Shown: in pieces, positions 15,691-25,491 of the stretch
How positions within the stretch are numbered: the first letter of the stretch is position 1
How the letters are laid out: each line of letters opens with the position of its first letter
From: a virus
Taxonomy: Duplodnaviria > Caudoviricetes
Length of the DNA: 64,000 bases
Reading direction: 5' to 3' (one strand)
Virus record (IMG/VR): IMGVR_UViG_3300025437_000009
The notes under the pieces: model-generated
Told to the model about the DNA's origin: nothing
The model's database searches: none
Seen by the model: the letters and a program-made list of their open reading frames with translations, nothing else
Translations under genes and position numbers: made by a program

Positions 15691-17184
15691 TTATTTACGA
15701 ATTCCTGCAAGGCTCCGAATAAAATCTAGTGGATCTTCAGTATCTTCATAGGCCATGTTCCAACCAGTTGCACCAGCGCCACTCTTGTCTACTGCACGAT
15801 CGTCACCGTATTCTTTACCATGTGGCTCAACCGGACTTGTTGGAGTTGCAAAGTTGGTTTGGCTATTACGTAGAGTTGGTTCTTGTTTTTGCTGTACTTG
15901 GCTGTAGATATCTGGACGATGTTGACCTAACCATTCTTTGATTAAACCCGCAACATCAGCATCAGGACCGTGTTGAATAAACAAATCATTCATTAAATCA
16001 TCAAGGTCGTTTTTAATGTCTGGTCCAATAATTGGTACTAGTTTGTCTAATAGTGCAGAACCATCAATACCATCAATGCCTACTGGTTTTGGTTTACTTA
16101 ACATTTCTACGCAAGCATCAATTTGGTCTTGTTCAGAGTGTGCTGAAGTCCAAACATTTTCTGTAATTTCGTCAGCCCATTCTTCTAATTCTGTGGATAC
16201 GTTATTTTTTTGTTTAACATACGCTCTATAAACAATTGGCAATGCATCATTGAATCGTTCGTCATAGATTTTCTTAACAAAGCGTTCTTTGAGAGCATCA
16301 ACATCAACAACTTCTTCAACAGAAGCTTCTGGCGTCCATGATTCAAAATAACTACGATAGCCGCGGGCACCACGCATTTGACGTAGTTTGCGTTTGACTT
16401 GATCATAGTGATGAACTGCTGCACGAGTCATGTCAGCAGTTTCTTGATCTTCAAATTGACGATGTTTTGTACTACGAACAAAATGACGCATAGCTGACAT
16501 TTCGTTTACTAAATTGGTAATGTGTTCAGCACATTTATCATACATTGTTCCGCCATGACTAATGTGTTGTGCTAGGGCACGTGCTCCATCTAAATTTTTA
16601 AATGGTACTAATAATCTTTCGCCGCGACTAGTTTCAATAAAAATATCTCTAATGCGACGAGCACGATCGCCGTGCTTTTCGTCGCTGACTAAACCATCAT
16701 GTTTAATAACTAATTTACATTCACCCATGTCGGCATAACTATTACGGCTTGTACCATATAATTTGCTTTCAGTGACCTTAACGTCATTCATGGTAGAAAC
16801 GTCGTCGGATTTAGATTGTTGTTTAACGTCTTGTAGATTTAAATTAGATTTGTTGATATCGCGAGTATCAAATGTTAATAAATTGCGTTTTGCAAATTTG
16901 CGTAGACTGCGTAAAAAATCATACCAGTCGTGGCGTTGTTCACGATCCATTTCACCACTAATGTTCTGTCCAAAATATACTTTTAAACTTGTTTCGTCAA
17001 TCAAGCTGATTGTTACTTTACCAAATTTAGCACCTGTTTCGTCTGTATATGTAAAGTTAAAAAAACGTGCCTTAGATGGGTCTGTACAAGCCTTAGCGTT
17101 TTCATCGCCCAGCGTGACATTGTCAAAACGCGAGCGTACTTTGTCAAAAAGTGCTGTAGATACTGATTCGATTTCTTTTGCCAT
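15691..17184 (-). CDS. hypothetical protein, 497 aa
   Basis: Long ORF directly after terL with its own TAAATA box; no motif recognised. Confidence 0.8.
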   Translation of the reverse strand: MAKEIESVSTALFDKVRSRFDNVTLGDENAKACTDPSKARFFNFTYTDETGAKFGKVTISLIDETSLKVYFGQNISGEMDREQRHDWYDFLRSLRKFAKRNLLTFDTRDINKSNLNLQDVKQQSKSDDVSTMNDVKVTESKLYGTSRNSYADMGECKLVIKHDGLVSDEKHGDRARRIRDIFIETSRGERLLVPFKNLDGARALAQHISHGGTMYDKCAEHITNLVNEMSAMRHFVRSTKHRQFEDQETADMTRAAVHHYDQVKRKLRQMRGARGYRSYFESWTPEASVEEVVDVDALKERFVKKIYDERFNDALPIVYRAYVKQKNNVSTELEEWADEITENVWTSAHSEQDQIDACVEMLSKPKPVGIDGIDGSALLDKLVPIIGPDIKNDLDDLMNDLFIQHGPDADVAGLIKEWLGQHRPDIYSQVQQKQEPTLRNSQTNFATPTSPVEPHGKEYGDDRAVDKSGAGATGWNMAYEDTEDPLDFIRSLAGIRK

Positions 17185-17189
17185 ATAAC

Positions 17190-17195
17190 TATTTA
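17190..17195 (-). promoter_or_regulatory. late promoter core TAAATA
   Basis: TAAATA-5 nt-ATG(17184). Confidence 0.55.
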
Positions 17196-17196
17196 T

Positions 17197-18762
17197 CTAG
17201 AACATTATAAAGGGCATGGGTTCTATAAAGTTGTCTAACGCATCCTTAAGCTCAGAATCTAACGTAGCATCAAAACTCTGTAGCATCTGTATCATACGTA
17301 CTGCTAGTAATGTGCTCATAACTAAATCATCATGCTCGCCAATTTTTGCTGCATAGCTACCGCCTGATGCTACAAAGTTTTTTAGTTCGCTGATTAATGC
17401 TTTACTTGCTATAAACAAACGTTTGGTTTCAACTAAACTTTTAAATTTAGCACAGGCACTTAATTTAGATTTATTAGTGGTATTAAATCCTTTACGGAAT
17501 CGTGTACCGCCGCCGCCCATGCGTTTAGGTTCGCTTAGAAATATGCCAGGAATATTTTCTTCACCTATTTCACTAATACAAACTAGTGCAGCTTCACCTA
17601 AGGTATTATTTTCTACTGAATAATACACATGAGTTTGTCCAGCAACGTCTGCTAAGTATCCGCAAATTTCTTTCATAATAACAACCTGACGTTGTACGAT
17701 TGTTTTATTATGGCTCCACTCGGCCACTTGTTTGAGTCCAGGCAATTCAAATACCTGTATGGCCGCGGGGTCTGATCCGGTACCAAGACTTGGATCTAGT
17801 GCAACTACATAAGTCTTGTCACGCTCGGGACGTTTATACCAACGTATCTGACCTTGTTTCTCTATAGGATCAAGACCAGCCATCTCACTTAGCATGACGG
17901 GATTAATCAATGTTTCATCAAAGATGATGAATTCACATTCCATCTCACGACGGAAACGTTCTTCGCCTAACTGTGCTCGCATCTGCGCGGCCCACTTTTC
18001 ATCACGTTCTGGATGTTCTTCCCAACGACTGCGGAACGCTTTAAATCCGTTAACACCTAATTCTGTTTCATTGCCAAACTCATCAAAACATTTATTAGCC
18101 TGACGCCAAATTTGTGCAAACTGATCTTCGTCTGAGTTTGGTGTTGATGTAATAATACACTTACCACCAGTTGCTAGTGTAGGTGTAATGGAAGTCCAGA
18201 ATTCACTCGCAATAGTTGGGCGAACGAACGCAAACTCGTCACAGTATAGTAGTGATATGGACATACCACGACCTGTATTTTCTGTTGTTGTTTGACTTAC
18301 TATGCGGCTACCATTTTCAAAGTCCAAGCTACCTTTATTGTAACTTGTTACCCCGGCTCGGATAAAGTCTGGACAGTTCTCATAAGCGTGACGAACACGT
18401 TGCATAATCTCCTGTGCGCCCAAATACTTGTGAGCAGCTACAAGGATGGTACTGTCTGGAACAAACATTGCATACCACAGCAAGTATCCTGCGGCGCTGG
18501 TCGATTTGCCCGTTTGTCTAGGCATTAGGCTAATACTGAATCTATAATTATGATATGTATCTATCAAACGTTCTTGATAGTCGAATGGGTGGTATTGTAT
18601 AGCACCCTTTGTTGGATGTTGGATAAAGAAGTAATTATCCATAAAGTACTGCGGGCCAGACACAGGATCAGCACACTGAGCAAGCTCCTGTATTTGATGC
18701 TCAGTATAAGACATTTTCTTATACGGTGCTTTGATAATTGCAGTTTCTAATTCTTTAGCCAT
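17197..18762 (-). CDS. gp17: terminase large subunit (T4 gp17-like), 521 aa
   Basis: MPRQTGKS Walker A, LLYCDEFAFV Walker B, ITSTPN, VALDPSLG, HDDLVM nuclease; start set at MAKEL. Confidence 0.96.
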   Translation of the reverse strand: MAKELETAIIKAPYKKMSYTEHQIQELAQCADPVSGPQYFMDNYFFIQHPTKGAIQYHPFDYQERLIDTYHNYRFSISLMPRQTGKSTSAAGYLLWYAMFVPDSTILVAAHKYLGAQEIMQRVRHAYENCPDFIRAGVTSYNKGSLDFENGSRIVSQTTTENTGRGMSISLLYCDEFAFVRPTIASEFWTSITPTLATGGKCIITSTPNSDEDQFAQIWRQANKCFDEFGNETELGVNGFKAFRSRWEEHPERDEKWAAQMRAQLGEERFRREMECEFIIFDETLINPVMLSEMAGLDPIEKQGQIRWYKRPERDKTYVVALDPSLGTGSDPAAIQVFELPGLKQVAEWSHNKTIVQRQVVIMKEICGYLADVAGQTHVYYSVENNTLGEAALVCISEIGEENIPGIFLSEPKRMGGGGTRFRKGFNTTNKSKLSACAKFKSLVETKRLFIASKALISELKNFVASGGSYAAKIGEHDDLVMSTLLAVRMIQMLQSFDATLDSELKDALDNFIEPMPFIMF

Positions 18763-18793
18763 TGTGTAATAATCTTTTATATAAGTATATTTA

Positions 18794-19324
18794 ATGTCAG
18801 ACACATTACTGTTAAATTCTAATTACGAGCCAATTTCAGTATTACCCCTAAGCGTAATCGGTTGGCAACATGCTATCAAACTCATGTATTTGGGACGTGT
18901 ACACGTCATCGAAACCTATCCAGATTGGATTGTACACTCTGAACGACTAGCAATAAATGTTCCCAGTGTAGCAGTAACTCGAGATTATTTTCACTACAAA
19001 AAAGCTGTCAAGTTTAGTCGTTATAACTTGTACATGCGTGACCTATTCAAATGTCAATATTGCGATGATGTATTTGACTATGACGAATTAACTATCGATC
19101 ACGTTATTCCACGTATGGCTGGCGGTAAAACTAATTGGGAAAATTGTGTAACTGCTTGTAAGGCATGTAATCATGCCAAAGGTAGCCATACAAACATTAA
19201 ACCAAGAATCAAACCCTACAGGCCAGACTACTATAGTTTAGTCAATCAATGGAAAAAAATGGATTTTACTGTTAAACAAGCATCATGGAATCAATACTTG
19301 GGATTAGACAAGCGAATTGCTTAG
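18794..19324 (+). CDS. HNH endonuclease
   Basis: CQYC...TIDHVIP..GG..NWENCVTACKACN; motif intact. Confidence 0.9.
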   Translation: MSDTLLLNSNYEPISVLPLSVIGWQHAIKLMYLGRVHVIETYPDWIVHSERLAINVPSVAVTRDYFHYKKAVKFSRYNLYMRDLFKCQYCDDVFDYDELTIDHVIPRMAGGKTNWENCVTACKACNHAKGSHTNIKPRIKPYRPDYYSLVNQWKKMDFTVKQASWNQYLGLDKRIA

Positions 19325-19746
19325 TCAAGTGCTTTAGGTTGGTTTTCTGGTAATTTACCAGGATGACGTTCGAAGTATTGTTTAATTTTTTCTTCTAGTG
19401 TACCTGCGTTAGCACCAAGTCCACGCACAGGCTCAAAGTTAATTAAAAACCATAGATCGTCGCCAGGTTTAGCATTATACTTTTCTAATAACTCGTTTCT
19501 GTATTTTGCAGTATAAGATATGTTACTGCCGACTGGGCTTGTAATTCCACCTTCACTGGCAGTAGGCACTTGGTTTTGTCCGCTGTAGATTCCGCCTAGG
19601 CCGTTAGGTCCAGGACCTTCGCCCTCAACAACAAGGCCGGCTAGTTTTTTAATTTGATATAAGTCTTGGGAATCCATAACAGCATCGGCATCACCAGTCT
19701 CACCTTGGTGTACAAAGTTTTGACTAGTGATTCGATATTGTTTCAT
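19321..19746 (-). CDS. hypothetical protein, 141 aa
   Basis: ORF abutting the upstream gene. Confidence 0.7.
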   Translation of the reverse strand: MKQYRITSQNFVHQGETGDADAVMDSQDLYQIKKLAGLVVEGEGPGPNGLGGIYSGQNQVPTASEGGITSPVGSNISYTAKYRNELLEKYNAKPGDDLWFLINFEPVRGLGANAGTLEEKIKQYFERHPGKLPENQPKALD

Positions 19747-21944
19747 TAGTTAGATTTTTTAATACTTTCGTACTCAGCGGCTAACTTAGCTTCCAACTTA
19801 AGAGTAGTTTCCATAGTCTTAACTGGTTTAGCAGGACGATTAGGTTGTTGCTTCATCTTGTTGTCACCGGCGCCGTCATAGTTATTCTTCTCGCCCGAAT
19901 CAGCTTCACCTGGATTTAGTGTACTAGCTTTCATGCTCATGTATTCTTCTTTAGTACCGTTTACAGGATCTTGATCACTAGTATTATCATCAACTTCTGG
20001 ATCGCCATAAGTTTTTTCATCTTTGGCTAATGCTTCTTCAATTTTACCAGTATCTAATCCAGCTACACGTAGCATAGCAAGCAGTTCTTGTGCTTCTTTG
20101 ACTGAATCTTTTTTAGTATCTTTTTCGTCGTCACATTCACAAGGATCGCAATCGCACTTAGAGCAATGATCTTCTTTGGCTTCTTTAACTTGATACTCTT
20201 TGCCATCAACTTCAAAACTGTCTTTGTGTTGTGCGCGAGCTTTGGCTAATTCGCCTGAAAATTCATTACCTTCATTTGGTTCTTCATCTAGTGTACTTGT
20301 GTCTGTGTACTCTTTACCATCTAAATCAAACTTTTCACCTTTTGGTGTATCTTTTAATTTACCAGTAAATGCATTGCCCTCATCAGCCATACTCAGACCA
20401 GCTAGTTTAGCTAGTTCATTTAGTTCAGCTTCCATTGCATCTTCTTCGTAGTAGTTACGACCACGACCTTTTAATAAAGCAGTTTTACCAGGAATCTGGC
20501 TAGCAGGTAGGCTTGAACCAACTGGATGTGGGTTTGCTGGATTGCCACCTTTTACATGCTCCCAAGGACTTTTGCTTGGCTGTTGTGCTGTAGCTTGTTG
20601 ACCTGGGAATGGTAATACATTTTCTTCCATTTGACGCTTAGAATGTGCATATACTTCCATCATGTCGCGTAAACGATCGGAGCATACACCAGTTTCTTTG
20701 AACTGTTGCATGTCTGTGCTCATGCACTCTAACATTTCTTCTAGAGTCATGTGTTGTTCTTCCATCATACGTTTGAAGTTTACACTTTCGGCTACCATCT
20801 TGCCCATGCTGTACTTCTTACCGGAGTCAGAATCTGTTTTCTTTGAATCATGTTTAACACGACCAAATGGATCATGTGATTTGCTTAGGCCGCCTTGGTG
20901 GCGATCGCTATCAGATTTTTCTTTCTTTGGACGACCAACGTTACCTTTGTTTTTAGGATCACGTCGTGGGTTTTTAGTTACAGCCTTACGAGGACGACCT
21001 TTTTTAGGTTTGTTATCTTCTTCGTCATCTTTTTCAATATCGTCACTTGGATATCCAGGGAAGTCTGTTTTAGTATGCTTGATACCGTGTTTGGTTTTTG
21101 AAACTTCACCTTCGTTGGTATGATCGCAAGAGCATTCGCTTTCAAACATACCGCACTCGTTGCAAGAACTTTCTTCAAAGTCAACAATGTTGCCGTGCTC
21201 GTCAGGTCCAAATGAGTTAACTGGGCCTAAACTGTCTGGCAAGTTGCAACCAAGGATTTCACATACGTCTTGATAGTTCATTTGGCAATCGCCGCCAATT
21301 GACTCAATGTCTTCTGCTTCTAAGTCATGAACACTACGAATGCCGTTCATTTCCATATAATCTCTAGCGCATTGTTTAACTGCCTTTACTGGATCATATT
21401 TTTCACTAACGTGTTGTGGCAAACCTTTGTGCTTTGTAGCAGCAAAGTCGTGTGTATCTTTAGGCTTCATTGTCTTAGCAACTTTTTTCAATTCAGGACT
21501 TGCACCCTTGATCTTTTCACCCTTTTGCATAGCATGTGCCATGCCCATAAACTTTTGTTGAGCTTGGCTAACTGCTTTCTCACCAACAACACCCATACCG
21601 CCCATGCCACCATCTAATGTCTCGCCCATTTTCTTACCGGCGGCAGCGGCTTTTTGGAATGCCTTCTTGCCATATTTTTCACGACCAATTGCGGCAGCAA
21701 CTGCACCCGCATCTTTGACATCACCCTTGGCGGCAATAGACTTTTCTAATTTCTTAAAGCCCATATACTTTTCAGCAAGAACTTGTTCTGTAGTTTTTAC
21801 ACCAGTAAGAATACTACCCTTAGCTGGAATCTCAGCATATTCCTTTAGTGTAGGTGCTTCTGACTTTGGAGCTTCTTTAGGAGTTAGTGCTTCTAATTTT
21901 CCTAAGATGCTGTAAATGTTGTCGTGTGGATGATTCTTGCTCAT
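19746..21944 (-). CDS. large charged low-complexity protein, 732 aa (possible internal head or DNA-binding protein)
   Basis: AT-hook-like KKGRPRK and GRPKK; Cys clusters; repeated EGNxFxGxL...FxxDGKEY; DUF3008-like segment. Confidence 0.75.
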   Translation of the reverse strand: MSKNHPHDNIYSILGKLEALTPKEAPKSEAPTLKEYAEIPAKGSILTGVKTTEQVLAEKYMGFKKLEKSIAAKGDVKDAGAVAAAIGREKYGKKAFQKAAAAGKKMGETLDGGMGGMGVVGEKAVSQAQQKFMGMAHAMQKGEKIKGASPELKKVAKTMKPKDTHDFAATKHKGLPQHVSEKYDPVKAVKQCARDYMEMNGIRSVHDLEAEDIESIGGDCQMNYQDVCEILGCNLPDSLGPVNSFGPDEHGNIVDFEESSCNECGMFESECSCDHTNEGEVSKTKHGIKHTKTDFPGYPSDDIEKDDEEDNKPKKGRPRKAVTKNPRRDPKNKGNVGRPKKEKSDSDRHQGGLSKSHDPFGRVKHDSKKTDSDSGKKYSMGKMVAESVNFKRMMEEQHMTLEEMLECMSTDMQQFKETGVCSDRLRDMMEVYAHSKRQMEENVLPFPGQQATAQQPSKSPWEHVKGGNPANPHPVGSSLPASQIPGKTALLKGRGRNYYEEDAMEAELNELAKLAGLSMADEGNAFTGKLKDTPKGEKFDLDGKEYTDTSTLDEEPNEGNEFSGELAKARAQHKDSFEVDGKEYQVKEAKEDHCSKCDCDPCECDDEKDTKKDSVKEAQELLAMLRVAGLDTGKIEEALAKDEKTYGDPEVDDNTSDQDPVNGTKEEYMSMKASTLNPGEADSGEKNNYDGAGDNKMKQQPNRPAKPVKTMETTLKLEAKLAAEYESIKKSN

Positions 21945-21946
21945 AA

Positions 21947-22555
21947 TTAACCTTTGGTTGGATCTGGGATTTTGTTTTGCTTACTGCCCACAGGATCTAC
22001 ATTACCCTGTGCTATTTCGTTTGTTGTTTTGCCATACGAGCTTTGTTTATCTCCGCCGACAGTAGTGTCGGTGCCGGCAATCTCAAATTGACGTGATTCT
22101 AATTCTTTTAACAAGCTACCAATGCGAACTTGTCCTACTAGGCTCTGACCTTCTTTTGAACCGCCTAGATCTTCTTGATCTAGTAGTGCGCCCTTGGCAG
22201 CATCTGCGTTTGGTGCTTCGGCTTCATCTGTGAATTCAGCTTCATGTAAATTACGTACACAAATCCAGTCTGGATTTAGTTGAGCACGTTCTTTTAATGT
22301 TTGACGAATTTGAACTGTGTTAGTTGGGTAAGCAACTTTAATGTCAAATGTCCAGCACTCGCAAGGACCCCAGTTTGGAAACTCACGGTGCTCTTGTATT
22401 GGTAAACTCTTAACTGCACTAACGCTTTCTAATTGCCAAGTGTCAAGAGCACTTTTAATTTGTTCCATTACTGTTTTTGGATCAATGGTAGCCATTTTAA
22501 TGCGAAATTCGCAAGGCTTACTTAATTCAAATATGTAACTTTGGAATGGTTTCAT
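21947..22555 (-). CDS. hypothetical protein, 202 aa
   Basis: ORF with SD and upstream TAAATA. Confidence 0.75.
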   Translation of the reverse strand: MKPFQSYIFELSKPCEFRIKMATIDPKTVMEQIKSALDTWQLESVSAVKSLPIQEHREFPNWGPCECWTFDIKVAYPTNTVQIRQTLKERAQLNPDWICVRNLHEAEFTDEAEAPNADAAKGALLDQEDLGGSKEGQSLVGQVRIGSLLKELESRQFEIAGTDTTVGGDKQSSYGKTTNEIAQGNVDPVGSKQNKIPDPTKG

Positions 22556-22595
22556 TTTTAATTCCTATTATGTTATATTTAGCCTTTTTGGCAAT

Positions 22596-23087
22596 TTATT
22601 TTTTATTCAGAATCTGCTTGAGTAATTCGTTACGATCAAGCACGATTCCCTCACCCTCAACTGCTTCTTCAGCAGGGGATTTTTTATCTTTGGCTATTTG
22701 ATGATCCAACTTGGCTTTTTGCAGTTGCAGATTAATCATACGCAACTTTTTGTCTAGTTTAGCAGTTTTAGCAGTAATAGCATGCCCTAGTAATGTGCCT
22801 GCTGTCTGCAGAATAACACCCGAAAAACGTGGTTCCACATTCATACCTAGATCAATTAAATCTTCAGCTTTATCTTTGGCTAAATTTGCTAGTTCGTCAA
22901 GCTCTGAATCCGCTGTGTCTAAATCCCTAACAGTGGGTAGTGCTATATCAATTTTATCAATAGCAAGATTTACTTCGTTAATTAAATCTTTATTTTCATC
23001 AACAAAGTTTTTAGCTTCTTCAGCGGTGGGTGTGTCTAAATCTGTGGTTGGAGGTAAGTTAAATAACTCTTCTAATTTTTTTGTCAT
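22596..23087 (-). CDS. helical protein, possible terminase small subunit (gp16-like)
   Basis: 163 aa, helical core containing EPR, coiled-coil C-terminus, next to gp4; resemblance only. Confidence 0.35.
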   Translation of the reverse strand: MTKKLEELFNLPPTTDLDTPTAEEAKNFVDENKDLINEVNLAIDKIDIALPTVRDLDTADSELDELANLAKDKAEDLIDLGMNVEPRFSGVILQTAGTLLGHAITAKTAKLDKKLRMINLQLQKAKLDHQIAKDKKSPAEEAVEGEGIVLDRNELLKQILNKK

Positions 23088-23092
23088 ACCAA

Positions 23093-23098
23093 TATTTA
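23093..23098 (-). promoter_or_regulatory. late promoter core TAAATA
   Basis: TAAATA-5 nt-ATG(23087). Confidence 0.55.
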
Positions 23099-23533
23099 TT
23101 TGGCTTTACCTTGATGGAAAATATCATTTTCGGTAATGACTCGAAAAGTTAAATTATGAGCTCGACACCATTGGCGTGCGGCTTCCCATTTGGCCATATT
23201 GAGTATGGCTGCTGCTTGTGCTCGGGGACTTTTACCAGCTTCTTGTAAACTGGTTTCTTTAAGAGGTTTTACTTCAATCACTTCTGCATGCTGACGTTGA
23301 TTAGCATCAACATAGGTAATTAAAAAGTCGGGGACGTATATTGTATTTTTGCCAGTTAAAGGATTACGATAGTTAATGTGTACTGCTTCACTGGCCCATT
23401 GTAGTATGTTAGGATTATTATCGCACATGGTCATGAACGTATGTTCCCAACCAGATCTATATGTAGGAGATTTGTTGCCCACATACTTTTGTGGATTCTT
23501 TAATTGATATTTGCCTTGTGCGTATTTAGACAT
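23096..23533 (-). CDS. gp4: head completion nuclease (T4 gp4-like, TnsA-N fold)
   Basis: KNPQKYVG..PTYRSGWE..FM..CDNNPNILQWASE...YVPDF...EVKP. Confidence 0.85.
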   Translation of the reverse strand: MSKYAQGKYQLKNPQKYVGNKSPTYRSGWEHTFMTMCDNNPNILQWASEAVHINYRNPLTGKNTIYVPDFLITYVDANQRQHAEVIEVKPLKETSLQEAGKSPRAQAAAILNMAKWEAARQWCRAHNLTFRVITENDIFHQGKAK

Positions 23534-23940
23534 TACGGAAGAATTGTGCGTGTGATCAGCGGACTAGTAGTAGTTGATGTTTTAATACCAAGTTGACTAG
23601 TTGGCACTCGATTATAATTTAAAAATGCTGCCAGGTATGTGTTGAGTTGCCCGGGTGTTAATTGTTTAAATTCCGTCAACAAGGACATAGGATCAAGATT
23701 CTGTGCCAGGGCCGTATAAATTATAGTTCCAGCCAACTGTTTTCCTGCAGACGCACTACCTGTGTACTGTTCAAAAAATGCAACTATAGCATCGTTAGCA
23801 ACACCAATATCAAAATTGCCCGCAAAGAAATTATTGAAGTACTGTTGAGCATTACTAGTCCCACCGGGTGTTGTGGCATTTACACCTAGGGATAAATTAG
23901 GTGCCTGTAAATTGGTTGCGGCGGTAATTTGATTAGTCAT
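23533..23940 (-). CDS. hypothetical protein, 135 aa (probably structural)
   Basis: ORF coupled to both neighbours in the tail region. Confidence 0.7.
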   Translation of the reverse strand: MTNQITAATNLQAPNLSLGVNATTPGGTSNAQQYFNNFFAGNFDIGVANDAIVAFFEQYTGSASAGKQLAGTIIYTALAQNLDPMSLLTEFKQLTPGQLNTYLAAFLNYNRVPTSQLGIKTSTTTSPLITRTILP

Positions 23941-23943
23941 TGG

Positions 23944-25404
23944 TTAGTCTGCTGTTGATATATCGGACACTGAACCAAAATCTGGAGACTGTATAATAGG
24001 ACCTCCTATTACTTCACCGTTTGTAACGCCGCTGAAGAGTCCAGTACCACTTGATCCAAATGTCAATGATGTCTGTAGTCCAGTTACCTGTCCTGATAAG
24101 TAGTTTTGTAAATCGCCAAACGCATTGCTAATACCAGTGGATACTGGAGACAATGCACCAGAGATACCTGTTGCAATTTGTTGTCCAGCTTGACTTGCCA
24201 AACTGTTAATGCCTTGAGTGACCGCACCTGTGGCAAATTTAATTGCCATGTTCTCAACAGTAGTAAGAGCCGCACTTGGATTAGCAATCGCTGCTGCCGC
24301 TAGTGTAACAATACTTGTACCAGTTGACCCCAGGCCAGTAGCCACACCTTTGAGTACTCCACCAGCTAATGTGTTAGCGGCTGTACCTGCTAGGCTGTTT
24401 GCTGCTGCTTGTAATTGTTGACCAACAATATTACTATTGCTGATTCCTGATGTTAAGCTACCAAGACTTGGTAGGGCAAATCCACCATTGTTACTACCAG
24501 CAGCACTTGATAAGCCTGTTATCACTCCACTCAGAGTACCAAAGGCAAATGCCGCACTTAACGCACCTGTGTTGGGAGTTGGTACTACTGCACCACCTGA
24601 GGTTGATAAATTAAAATTAGCTAAGTCAGTAATATTGTTAGATGCTGTTTTGTAGTTTGGTGTATTGCCCGAGGGATATTGATTGGGTGTTGGTGTAGTG
24701 TCATAGTGCAAATCGATATATCCACCTACAGTATTTTCTGTAGTATACCCAGTTTGATATTTTACTGTTTCAAAAGTAATTGACATTTGATGTTCAAGTA
24801 GAGCTTGATTTTCACCATTAACATGTTCGCCATGTTTAAATGCTGTAATAAGAGGATTAATTAGCTCATACTCATCAAATCTTCCTTGATACAAACTGTA
24901 GATTCTAATAGCCTGAATGTATTGATAATCTTGATATGCGTTGGCACTATTGTAACTTTGAACTGGGCGTGGACTATATCCCCACTCAAAACTTGGACGT
25001 TCTTGATATTTGTTAATTATGTTATATGTTGCATCGGCATAGTCACTGTCACGGTAAAAGAAACTGTAGTAGTCGTACCAAAATTCTCTTACATTATCGG
25101 CTTGGTCATCATGGAATACAATGTTAATTGGATCATACTGTATTCTATTCTGTACAATATTTTTACGATTGTAGGCATTGTGTACTTTAGTATCAATAGT
25201 AAACTTAGGTAAGCCCACACTCTTGACAATCATACCCATTTCTTGTGCTGATGTATTACTGACGTTGCTGATTAATGGATTGAAATCAAATTCAACATAA
25301 AATAGGAATCCGTACTTAGGGCTTAGACGATAGTTAGCATCAACAAAAATTCTACTTGCATGCTGGTAACTACGTAAGACCGTTTGACTAGTATTAACTG
25401 CCAT
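23944..25404 (-). CDS. tail-tube-fold baseplate/tube-initiator protein (gp48/gp54-like) with low-complexity C-terminal extension
   Basis: N-terminus parallels the tube protein (PKY.F..EF, K.V.LP, I.I.FHDD); Gly/Ala/Ser-rich tail. Confidence 0.55.
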   Translation of the reverse strand: MAVNTSQTVLRSYQHASRIFVDANYRLSPKYGFLFYVEFDFNPLISNVSNTSAQEMGMIVKSVGLPKFTIDTKVHNAYNRKNIVQNRIQYDPINIVFHDDQADNVREFWYDYYSFFYRDSDYADATYNIINKYQERPSFEWGYSPRPVQSYNSANAYQDYQYIQAIRIYSLYQGRFDEYELINPLITAFKHGEHVNGENQALLEHQMSITFETVKYQTGYTTENTVGGYIDLHYDTTPTPNQYPSGNTPNYKTASNNITDLANFNLSTSGGAVVPTPNTGALSAAFAFGTLSGVITGLSSAAGSNNGGFALPSLGSLTSGISNSNIVGQQLQAAANSLAGTAANTLAGGVLKGVATGLGSTGTSIVTLAAAAIANPSAALTTVENMAIKFATGAVTQGINSLASQAGQQIATGISGALSPVSTGISNAFGDLQNYLSGQVTGLQTSLTFGSSGTGLFSGVTNGEVIGGPIIQSPDFGSVSDISTAD

Positions 25405-25435
25405 AATTATTCCTTGTTACTAGTATTTATCTAAT

Positions 25436-25463
25436 AAAAAACCCGGAGTTTTAAGTCCGGGTT
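25436..25463 (-). terminator. intrinsic terminator after the tail tube gene
   Basis: ACCCGGA-CTTAAAAC-TCCGGGT followed by a T-run. Confidence 0.85.
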
Positions 25464-25491
25464 AAGTTGCATCATCTAGTTACAAACTTAA

